From: Podarcis tiliguerta
Lineage: Eukaryota
Assembly (NCBI GenBank): GCA_965153285.1
Contig: OZ229113.1
Length of the DNA: 64,000 nucleotides
Reading direction: 5' to 3' (one strand)
In this document: positions 42,501 through 54,500 of the stretch, piece after piece
How positions within the stretch are numbered: position 1 is the first letter of the stretch
Layout: each line of letters begins with the position of its first letter
Position numbers and translations under genes: made by a program
Notes under the pieces: generated by a model
What the model saw: only the letters and a program-made list of their open reading frames with translations
Databases searched by the model: none
What the model was told of the DNA's origin: nothing

Positions 42501-45500
42501 AACATATGGTGCTGCAATTCCTGGAGCTCGTAATGATGTGAGCCAGTGTGGTGGTTTTGGGCACATTTGTACTTTTCTTTTCCCTTTCAGCATATCCTTC
42601 TGCTAAGCAGAACGAGGAATTACTTTCAGGTTGGTAGCAAGATCTCTCATTTATTATAATGGATCCATTGTTGTTTCTGGAACATCATGTTGGTCTTAGG
42701 ACATACCAGGGCATTCTTGGGCTCTTGTCAACAAGGCTGCTAATTATCTAAGGGGTAGGGTTGGCTTGGGTTTGTTTGCTTTTGAGAGGCTCCCATCTCC
42801 TGAAGCACATGTCCTAACCGTTCAGCTGCTCAGCACTACTTTTCTGGGCTTTAGATGTATGAGAGCTGTATGGTTGCAAACTGCGAAAGGAAACCTTTGG
42901 CAGGCATGGCTGCATAACCTGGCCAGTGAACTCTTGAGTTCCCTGAAGGCAAGAGATAGCACAAGGCAACACTTCAGCACCAGAGGCATAACGAAAATAC
43001 GTGAGGGCAAAACCTCAGACGCATCTTGTCTAACTTGCTTTATATGTTTTAATAAAAGAGGTTGGCTTTTCAGTAACAAAGTGGTATGTGCTCTTTCAGG
43101 GCTCTAGGTAGTGTGATATCACATTTATTATGTCCCCTAGCAAGAGAAGAACAACATGTTGAGAGAACTGCACACATAGGTCCTATCCTGGGACCTGGAT
43201 GCCCAGTTTCCGTGCTTGGTGGTGCTTTTCCATACGCTAGCTGTTAACTATTTTTAGCTTACTCCTGCTTAATATCCCGGGCAGTGAGCAGTCCAGCCTC
43301 CTTGTGCTTTGCTTATGGAGCCCTGCACAGCTTCCTAAATTGTGCCTAGATCCTTCTGCAAATTTGCGCTTCATCCCAACCAGGACCCATGTGTTCAGCA
43401 GTCCCTATACTTGCCTGCCTACAGCCCAGCACTAATATTCAGCATGCGGCCAATTTGAACTGTGTGTGAGCGCACTGTCGGTGTTTACTCTCTGGGGCAT
43501 GTACCTGGGACTCGCTTGTACAGCATGCAAAATGAGACCATCAAAGTATTTATTTAAACATGTATATCCCACCTTCCAGTTCCACTACAGAATTCTCGGG
43601 GCAGCTCTGGCTAAATGAAGCCACCATGAGCCAGTCATGAATTTGAGGCCGCTTTTTCTCTTATAGTCGGTACGAGTCACTGCAGTCTGTGGGGCTTGCA
43701 ATGGAAGGGGAGAGGCTGTTTATGCCCTTCCTTGAGCCCACTGTATTGTAAGAAAGGGCAGCTGTGTCCCTCACTATTCAATAATGCTGACCCCACAAGC
43801 ACTGTTAACCTTTACAATTCCCAGGTAGGATGAATCATGGTAGGCCAAAGCAGTTTCTTCCAGAGAGACAGTATACTGTACTTCTCAGCCAAATCCTTCT
43901 CAATTTATCAGGAACAAGAGGGCTGGCATCCAAACAAAACCCAACAACAACCCAAAACACCAAATTAACCCCACACCATTTATTAATTCTTATTTTCACA
44001 ACAATTCCTTTTGGAACTGTGTTTGTTAAAGCGCCCTCCCCTCTTTCACCTTTTCTGTGAGAGAAGACTATAATAATCAGCACTTTTCACTTAAATAATC
44101 ATAGTAAGGCAGCTAAGGGGAAACTTGATGTAGAGTTAGTTTGTGGAGAAAGGGGGTGGAGGTTTGCAAAATTATGAATGGCACGAGGAAAGTAGTTAGA
44201 GAGAAATATTGTTCTTCTTCTCCTACTCTCTAGAACTTGGGTTCATCCAAAGAAGCGGACTGGCTAGAAATTGAGGACAGCTAAAATTAAGGACAATTTC
44301 ACACAGTGCTTAGTGAACTCAAGGAGTTTGCTGCTGTAAGTTGTGATGGCCACTAGCTTAGATGGCTTTAGAAGGGAACTGGATAATCTCATGAAGGAGA
44401 ATGCTGTGAGTGGCTGCTATGTAACTCTTGTGTGGCAAGAAGCAATGGACTTCTTGAGTCCCAGTTCCTGTGAAGAAGGGGGGGGCCTCTTGCCTTCATC
44501 TCCTGCTAGCTGACTTTGCACTGGTTGGCCACTGTCAGGACATTGGACTAATGGACCTTTTTGGTCTGGTCCAGCAGGGCTATTTTTATGTTCACACAAC
44601 ACAATCCTTCTTAGCCTTTTCCTTCTTTTTGAGGCGAAGCAAAAAGAGAGACTGTCAGCCTCCCTCCCCTGCACAGGCCCAGGATAGTGCTTTAATAATT
44701 CTGGTACGGCTTCTTGTCAATTTCGTGGCTGGAGATACAAGCCGCAGCTAAAACACACAACGTTTTGTTTTTGTAATATCTTCTGCTGTGTGGTTAGTGC
44801 TAGTCGAAGAATGTACACAGAAAAAACAGTTATGACTAGAATTATGTGAGAGAAGGGCCTATTAAATGACAAGATGATAGCAGCTTCACAATAATATTGC
44901 AAGGTCTGAGGCCAGGGTAGATGTGAGTAATATTTTGGAATAGGAAGGGCTTGTGGATGACATCAGTTTTTCCTATATCTCATACTATGGGCATGCTGTT
45001 ATATGCTCTGTGTTCAATGTAGCATTGAAAGTTGCATTCTTATGAACCTAGGATGGCCAGACAGCAACTGTGTGCTGCTACTGTCTGTTGGATCGAGTTT
45101 TCTGTGTCTCTTTCTGTCCCAGTGGTGGATATATTGTAATATAATTTGCTTCTTTGGCACTATGTTTCTGTGAAGGTCACAGTTGTTTCACTGGGATCCT
45201 TAATGCATATTTAGTTGTATTAGAATGTGATCAACACAGCAGTTATGTGTATATTCCTTCTTCCCACCCCATCCCCTTTTTCAGGGTGGATTGATGTAAA
45301 TCTAGGCAATTTTAAAAGGGAGGGGGAATCCGATTTAAATCAGGTTTCTTACTGAAATGTCATACTTCATCTCAGTAGGGGTGTGGGTGGTGCTCTGGTC
45401 TAAACCACTGAGCCTCTTGGGCTTGACAATTGGAAGGTTGGCAGTTCGAATCCATGCAATGTGGTGAGCTCCTGATGCTCATCCCAGCTTCTGCCAACCT

Positions 45501-48500
45501 ACCAGTTTGAAAGCATATCCGTGCAAGTAGATAAATAGGTACCACTGTGGCAGGAAGGTAAACGGCACTTCTGGCACTCATCACGGTGTTCTGTTGTGCC
45601 AGAAGCAGTTTACTCATGCTATCCACATGACCTGGAAAACTGTCTGTGGACAAACGCCAGCTCCCTTGGCCTGAAAAGCAAGATGAGTGCCGTAACCCCA
45701 TAGTCGTCTTTGACTGAACTTAACCGTCCAAGGGTCCTTTACCTTTTCTTACCTTTTTATCCTACCTCAAATAATGGTGCATGACAGACTAGATAGTCTA
45801 ACATTTGTTTCAGCAGAACTCCACCCCCCACCTTTGGGGCAAATCATATTTCCTAAACCCAATGCAAGAGCTGAGAACGTCTCCATAGGAATCTTTTTAG
45901 AGTTGTCAACACTTCTGATTGAAAAATTGTTCCCATTTTCATATTACTACATTGTTCTTTTTTAAAAAACAAAACAAAACCCTCCTTTGTAAATTCAGTG
46001 CCATTTAAAACAAACATCATTGAATCATAATATTTAATAAAATGACAAGCAACAGAGAATTAAAGTGCATTTATCAAATGTGTGTCTGCAAACATACATA
46101 CATCCTGATTATGAACACTTTTTGATAATAAGTAGCACAGAGAAGCCTTTTAATGCTACACCTGGGTAATACCCACACTAGAACAAGTTAAAATGTCACA
46201 AAATATTTTTATTAGTATTTATTGAATTTGCATACCATCCTTCAGCTGAAGATCCCAGAGTGGTTCACAACAGAACACACACACACGAATATAGTTCTAA
46301 TAAGAATATAGTTCTCTAGAATACTTCATCACTGCAGTTTGTTTCCATCCTAATAAAATAATGCAGCTTCCCCAGTGATGATAACATGAGTGAAAACTAA
46401 AATATCTTCTTTGAAGGTTACTAATTATCAATATTATCTCCTATTTTACATGATGGTGTATTCCTTAAGGTAAAACCTGCACAATATCTAAGTCTTTCAT
46501 AGGGATTGTGGCTCATGGGCCTGTTGATTCGTATGATGCCCAATTGTTAGGGTTCTCTTTTGGGAACTTGGATGAGGAGCAGAGGTCAATAACTAACACC
46601 TGTTCAACCAATTGGGTTGTATGGTAGTTCTTGGGTTATTTTTGCCGGTGTGATCATGGAAAGCTCTGCTGCTATCACTAACGTGCTGCCGGTACTGGGA
46701 ACAACCTGAGACCAGGAACTGGCATTCCAGGGTTGCCAGACAGAAATATGCCAACTCTGAAAATTGGAAGGGGGGGCGGCACTTCCCACCATCTGTCCTT
46801 TCTGTAGCAAGCCAGCAGGGTTCTGGATACGGCAGTGGCTCTCCTACGAATCTCCCCTACTGAGGTGGGATTGCTCTAGCCATGTTCCTTCTGCTTTCTG
46901 CAGTCTTCACAAAATTGTGCCTGCTTATGCATAGACCATTCTAAGTGACACTGAATATATGGAATGCCTTCCATCATTTTTTAACGATTGGCAGTAATTT
47001 CTAGGGAAGAGCTGTCATCAGGGACATAAATTTGGTTTTCCTCTTATAGGCTGATAAGGCACTAGAAAATGCAGTAATTCCCTCTTAACTTGATACAGGA
47101 TTAATTTAATGCAACTATTTTTGTCTGAAGTGGAAAGCATGTAGAACAGATTTTTTTTTTTTTATGGCACTCTTCCTATGTAAGAATTGCTTTATCTGTA
47201 GAAAAATTCAGCAGCGAGGAAGAAAATGTGCCCATCTTATATTTATATTTGCGAATCATTGGAATGGTCTTGATTATGTGGGTTCACTACATCCTCTGTG
47301 TTATTGTAGTACTCATATGTAAATATTTATTTATTTAAAAAATATTTTTGCTATTGTTGGGCATCCTTCTTATCTAAGTAATTAGGGCAAGAGATAAATT
47401 CAGTCTCATGCTGTACGCTACAAAAATGTAATTTAGAAGAGAAATTTGGTACCATGTTAATTTTGAAGTAATAATTGAGGTAGTAACTGCTTCTAACAGT
47501 TGAATTTGGTCACAGTAAAATGTGTCTGTGAGAGTGGTTGTATATCAGGTTTTCCTTTTCAAAAAAGTTATCTTAATAAAAATAAATTCTCTTTGCAATA
47601 CAGAGGTTTGACTTCTATGGCTGATTCAGCATAGACCAAGAAAAAAATAACATGGTTTGCAAGCTGCTAACATCCTTAACAGAAACTTGCTTTGCTGTTG
47701 AATGTGTCCCTTGAGAATACTGGCCTAGCCTGACTGTAAGAGAAACAGCAAATATTGGACTACTGGTTCACTTCGAAAGAGCAGAAATCTCGACAAAGAC
47801 TAAGGCCATGTTGCAGAAACATATATCTTTTCTCCATCTTTCTTTTTTAGCCAGCCAGGAGCAACCCTGGAGGCTGTGATCTTCAACACCATAGGAGCGG
47901 GATATTTCTTAATCTTTTTGTTGATCTTCATAAGATTCTGTTGGAGCCTTTTTGGCCAAAGACTGGAGTAAAAATGCTTTAAATAAACAGAGATATTAAC
48001 TTTTTTCTCTTTTTTTTTGCTCAGCATCTCTCTTCTCCCTCTCTCATAACTGCTTTCTGCTCGTGGAGGTTAAGGGTAGGCTTTAATAGGTATAAGGTCC
48101 AAGATGGAGAATAAGACTTCATGGTCATTCCTCCTGAGCTCCCCTAGTTAGTCTCATATACTGGGCAATGGTCTTTGGTTGCTGCTGCCTTGGCTGGCAT
48201 GCTGTTTCATTAGGTCAGCTTCCCACAGCACATTACAAACAGTTCCGTTGGGCAAGTAAGCAGAGTGGCCGGCAGGCGAGGCCATGCATTTTAGTAAGCA
48301 TCAGACTTGTATGTGCTGTCGGAACCGTGGAATGGAAAGCTAGCTGGCTTGGCCCCAGCCAGAGTGTCTCCCTTCTCAACCTTGCCACTGCGGAGATCCA
48401 TCAATGTCTCTCTTCTCAGCCTTGCCACTGCGGAGATCCATCAGTCATCCTCCTCTGATGTGCGTTTGCGACTCAAGCTTCTGTGCATGCAAGAACACAC

Positions 48501-51500
48501 ATTACTCAGCAAAGTAAACACACAACAGATCAGGCTTGAGGCATGGATACTATACTAAACTACGCATTTATTACACATAAATCAGTTCAAAGAAGAACAC
48601 GGCTTCTCTCCTTGTCGTTCTTCTTGGAGAGAGAGAAAACAAAAGCAGTACAGAACGGATGTTCCGCTCACGGGACTCCAGCAATCTGTGCCGGAATGTA
48701 AACAGACATGTGACATGTAACAATCCCACATATCTGCAGCAAGGGTGGAATGGAATTCCCAACATGTGCATTGTTCTACTCACATGGTGCACACTGGCAC
48801 CACCAGTTTCAGTGGGGAGAGAGCAGGTGCCGCAGAGCAGGGAGTGAGCTGCAGCAAGGTATTTCGAGCGCAGAACTGTGTGTGTGTCTTTCACAGCCTG
48901 GCCCCTGCAGTGGAGTATGCCATCCTATTGCCAGTCCTGTATGTATAAAGAGGAAGGGTGTTCTTGCCCTTTGTTTTAGGCAGCAAAATTAGGGTGGACT
49001 TAGCACGTGTAAAATTTTCTGTGGCTTGAGTACGGGCAACCTGAAAGATAATGAATCTGCCTGGGTGCTAAGGTCTTTGGATGAGCGCGAGCACATTCGC
49101 TTGGTCCCATCAACACCCGAAGCACGGTTGGTGGTAACACAAGAGAGAGCCTCTTCTTTGGCTGCTCCCATATTCTGGCATTCCCTCTGAAGAGAGGTTA
49201 GATTGGCTTCCTCTTTGTTAACCTTCCACCGGCAGGCTAAGAGCTTCATATTCAGACAGGCCTTTGAAGATTAAAGTGCAGGCGATGCTGCACTGGAATG
49301 CTGTCAGGAAGAGCTGTATTTTAATGGCTGGTTTAAAATATGTTCTGCTGCATTTTAATTACTGTTTTTAACTAGTTTGCTTTTGTTACTTTGTATTTTA
49401 TAATGTTTTAAATATTTTAAGCTGCCCTGAATCCCAATTTGGGAGAAAGGCAGAATATAAATACATCAAATAATCATAATAATGTAGCAAAAATTATGTC
49501 CCTGGTACCATCAAAATATGCACGGAATATCATTGGATTGATAGTGCTTTTTAAAATCCTAGTTTTAGTGGTGCCAAGCTCGAAAGCAAGTACAGCTAAC
49601 AGGTAGCCTTAAGGGCTCTCCTTGTGCTCTCATAAATGTCAGCACTGACAACAGAATGTGTGAAGTACTGTTGAATTTTCATAGAATCATAGAATTGGAA
49701 GGGAACATGAGGATCATCTAGTCCAACCCCCTGCAATGCAGGAATCTTTCACCCAACGTGGGGCTCGAACCCACTACCCTGACTGGTGCAAAAGCTAATT
49801 CCGATGGTGTTGAGCACATAAACGTTCTCAGGGGCTGAACACTTTTTGTTTTGCTTCAGTTTTCCTAAGTACATTTTAGAGGCATGAATCTTTAACCAGA
49901 TGCAGCTTATGAATATATGTTTATATATATATATATGAATATGTGTTTATACTAGGTAAGGCTTTCTGTTTGTGTGTAATATATGAGATCACACACGAGA
50001 AATATGTGTTTTTCTTCATAGGTCCTGTTTTCAATGTCTCTGTGGAATCGCATAAAACAACAGTTTATCGAGGAGAGCTGGTGAAATTAGATTGCATCAT
50101 CTCCATTGCAGGGACAGTACTCAGTCCAGGTATGATTTGAACCTCTTGAATGATAATGGCTTTTCCTTTTTCCCTGTTTGTTATTATGCTCACAACTTAG
50201 GATGTGTTATGCCTGCAAGTAGAAGTTGGTATTAAATGATCCATTTCCACAATACCATGGGAAGTCTTGAAGACTGGCCCCTTTTAACTTACATAACTTG
50301 CTAGCTTCACCCTTTATCAAACTTCTTATAATCTGAGTTGGATTATAATTATCAGGTGCTTCTGTAAGGTGCAGCTGTGCTTGGGTGAGTCCCACTTTCT
50401 TAGTCATACCAGGGAGCTCTGGGTCTGAATTTTCCATGAAAGCATAGATGGAGTTGATGCAGCCCTGAATCTTGTGGAAGTGAGGAAAGAGATCCACACC
50501 TGCCACAATTCTACACTTCATTATCCACTGTTAACTCACACCCTTTCTGTACGTTATGAGATGCCAGCTGTTTGCCCAGCTGTCAAGACAGAATAAAAAC
50601 TGTGGACAGAAGTTTTATCATGCACAACTGGAGATGGTTCCCAGAGGACAGATGATTTTTGGAGCGATCTTTCAGGCCAATTTGTAGTGGCTGCCCATCT
50701 AATTTTGAACATGGTTGCTTATTAATTAATAGTTGCTGCCACATTGGCTAGTTTAGCAGTGAACTAAGACTTTCTTTCATTACCTGAGTACTGTGTCTCA
50801 GTTGAGAATGGAACCCTGTGATGAACTGCAGGTCTTCAATAGCTAATCTCAGCAAAACAGTTCATCTGAAAGTGTCCACATAGTAAATAATCCTAGTCCT
50901 TCGTGAGATAATATAAAATTTTACTTTTGTACTCAAAATCCTGCTGTTGTTTTGTTTTTTCTCCTGGGGAGAGTTGCATGTTTAATCATCACTGTATACC
51001 TCTTGAAAACAAACTACACCCAGCACATTTCAGAATATGCTTATTTGCCTGAGCAGCCTGGTCGTTGTGGGTGTTCGGCACACAAATCTGGGCTTAGCTA
51101 TTTTCAGTTAAGCTTTGCAGCTCACCTATACAAATGTAATTCTGATGGGTGTTTATACTTTTTATGCAGTATGTTGAGGACACATCTAGGGCAAACAATT
51201 CATTTTTCCTTAATCCTTAGTATTTGTGTTGATGTGTTCAAAGTGCTTACAGGAAGTATTTCAAAAACCTTGCTGAACTAAGAAGCCAAATGCCCTTTTG
51301 TCTGTCAGCCTGTTCCTTTCCTTAAAACTTTTTTTTAAAAAATCAATTTGTTCAGTAACTATAAGTGTTGGACCTTTGATTTGTTAACACAATGCCATAA
51401 GTTACTTAATGTCCAGTGAATGGTACTGCCAAAAGTACTCCATTTAACTACTGGTCCAGACAATAAAAGGCAAAAACCTACAATCTTAACAGGCAACTTT

Positions 51501-54500
51501 ATACCCTTATTGCTAATCACTCCCACAATAAGGAAGGGTGAATTGGACTATTTCTGGTCCATATCACTTTTGCATGTGTTCACCCATAAGCCCAGTACAT
51601 CCTTCTTCCTCGTTAATAATGAAGAATTGTGTTTGTATACATATTTCTAAATGCCTTCTCTCAAAGCATACCTTGAATTTTTTATGACCCAAGAACTACA
51701 GATCCAGTCAGTTTGTATCAGAATTCACAAACGTCAAATTCTTCAAGTATTCCTACCAAACTATTCGTGCAATATGCACTTGGTACAGTGCTGCGTTATA
51801 GAAATATACCACAAATGTGTCTACTGTTATAAATCTTCTTCAGCCTTCTGGTTTAAGGTTCCCTGAAGGAACCAGGAGTACAGCTGCCATGTTTGGAGCT
51901 GTTTCTATCCAGGCCAAAGGAAAGTGGTTCCTTTCCTTGTCTGTTTGTGACTCTCATGTCCCATCCCCCCACTCCCTCGGGATTGGTTCTGTCACTAGTC
52001 TGTGTGATCACCAACCCCATTCAGTTACATCGGAGTATAGAGAGTTAACAGGTACAGATAGTTTGGCTGTGCTGGTTGGAGCCTCACCTGTATTTTCCAC
52101 CATTCAGCAGTACATATTTCCTGCTGTTACTTCACAACAAAAGTTGGATTACTAGAGCCATAACTCTACAGATATTTCATTAGCACTTGGTTTCTGATAA
52201 ACAGAATCATTCCTATTTTCATTTTTGCTGTACTAGACTTAAAGTCCTTGGTAGAGAAGATACACTCTGAAAGCAGGAATGAGTCACCTGTGGCTGTTGT
52301 GATGTTGTTGGACTCCAGCTCTCCTCACCCTCAGCCGGCATAGCCCATGATCGGGGGCGGGGGGGATGGAAGTTGTAGTCCAACAATAGCTGGAGGTTAG
52401 CTTTTCCATAGGTCCGTGTGCAGAGTTCATATTTTATGGACAAGCATTTGAATAGAAGACTTTAATATGTTGCAACTACAACTTGTAAGCACTACCGTGG
52501 GAATTACAAGGAAAAGTCTCTATGTCCTTGCTTTCTTTTGTTAAATACAAATAGTCTCAGCACTGAGATTCAGCTAGGCTTAAGGAGCTCTATTCTGTCA
52601 AGCCAATGTACACAGTGCCAAGCAGATAGGCTGGGAATGGGACTCAGAATCCTGAAGGCTGGTTGACCAAGGGAATTGACTAAAGGTTAGAGAGTTTAGA
52701 TTTGCATGTCAAATCAAAACGTGCATATAACTGTGTGCTTTACATGCTGATCCACTTCAAAGTTCCTTCAAGGAAGGAAGTGTCCTAGCACTGTAATTTG
52801 CCCCATGTACACAGTTTTAAGGCTTAATTTGTCACAGCTCCAAATGCTATCTTTCTCTATCCCCAGAAATGCCACAAGAGCTTCTCCAAAGTGTGACAAA
52901 TATTATTCACATCTTAAAATAGTAACTGCCTACAGCCATCTCTCTTTAAAGTCCATTAGTATAAAAATTAAATCCGACCAGGACTTCTGTTAGATTCCAC
53001 GGCATCTGACTTCAGACTGATGTTTTTATTCCTGCTTCTGCCTCTGTTTCTGCTTTTATTGCTGCTTCTGCAATCCCCAGCATTGTCCAAACTCACAAAA
53101 TATTCACCAGATTTACTGAAATATTGTCCACATGTATTATAAATTTACAAAGGTTAATGTCAGGACTGTGAGAGATGAAAGCAAAATGGAACTGTGGAAA
53201 AGATAGGTAGTAGCTTAAGACATGCTCCTCTTCCTAGGAGTTAAGTCTGTTGGCGTGTTCTAGTGTAATTGGATCAAGTTAGTCAGAAATGTGAAGTCCA
53301 GGAATGAGATGGATAGATATGTGGGTAATGAATGGCTTTAGGGATTGAAAGTAAGGTATCTGGGACATTCGCATCCCTCTGGTCAGAGATTCTGATAACC
53401 CATCTGGATGAAGATAGATTGTTCCCATCTGTCGGACATCTTAATGTTGGGTCTTGGGCAGTTTCTTGGATTGGCTGTCCACATGACAAACTACAAATAT
53501 GCAAGGTTTTTTTAATTGGCTTCCCTTCAGCTACAGCGGATGAATGGACTGCACAGATGATGCAGGTTATCCAATAGAAATGATCCTATTAGGATGCACA
53601 GCTTGTGAATAATGCTTGTTTCTGGTACCTTTTTATCTGCAACAGAAGGCAGGATAACATAATTTCCACAAGGGCAATCAATAAACAGCTTATGACAAAT
53701 GGCAGTACCTAATAACAGCAAAAAATATCTTAATGTGGCAAAAACCAAGCTAGAGACTTCTAGAGTTCCCTAGGCTGCATTTTCTATTTCACGTGGGCAG
53801 GGTAACTTTCATGAGTTACAAGATATAGACTGGGAGCCTCCTTCTGGCTCCCAGTCTATGTCTTAATGCCTCTGTAATCCTTATGCTTTTGATGAAGCTT
53901 TGATTTGCATTCCCTACTGTTCCCTGCAGACAAAGGCGTAGTTTTGCAGTCAAATAAACCCAGGATGTGCATAATTGCACCCCTCCTCCAATGAAACTTT
54001 TGTTGATTTTGGTTTTGTAATTTTGGGAACATTTTCATTACACTCTTCTAGAGCCTTGTACATATTCCATGTTGATATTATTGTAACTGGATGCTGATAG
54101 ACGATTTTCAACTTCTCTTCTTAGATTGTGGTGTGAGTGTAATTTTAAGATGATTTATTTTATTGCTAGCCACCTTGAGTATTGCACAGAGGAACATGGG
54201 ATATAAATTTAACAAAGATATAAAAATGTACACGTACTTAAGCCTCATGTGTAAAGCACCTTTCACAAGTCTAGTAAAAATGGATAAGCATCATGCCTCT
54301 TTTCAAATGAGGCAACTGCCTTCTGTTATCATGAACGTAATCAGTTGACATCCACTTCGTGCAAAGATTGTCATAATGAACTTTGGCTTTGAGGGTATAG
54401 CCCAAGCAATATTGTAGCAGGCATAGTTATGGTAAATCTATTCTTTGTAGTATGTGATGGTTCTTACACTTGCTTTCCAGCTCTCAGAAGACTAGGACTA

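Noticed and set aside
49750-49782. tRNA-Lys gene
   Set aside because: Only the 3' half is present and it is fused to a CR1 tail, so it is a SINE head.
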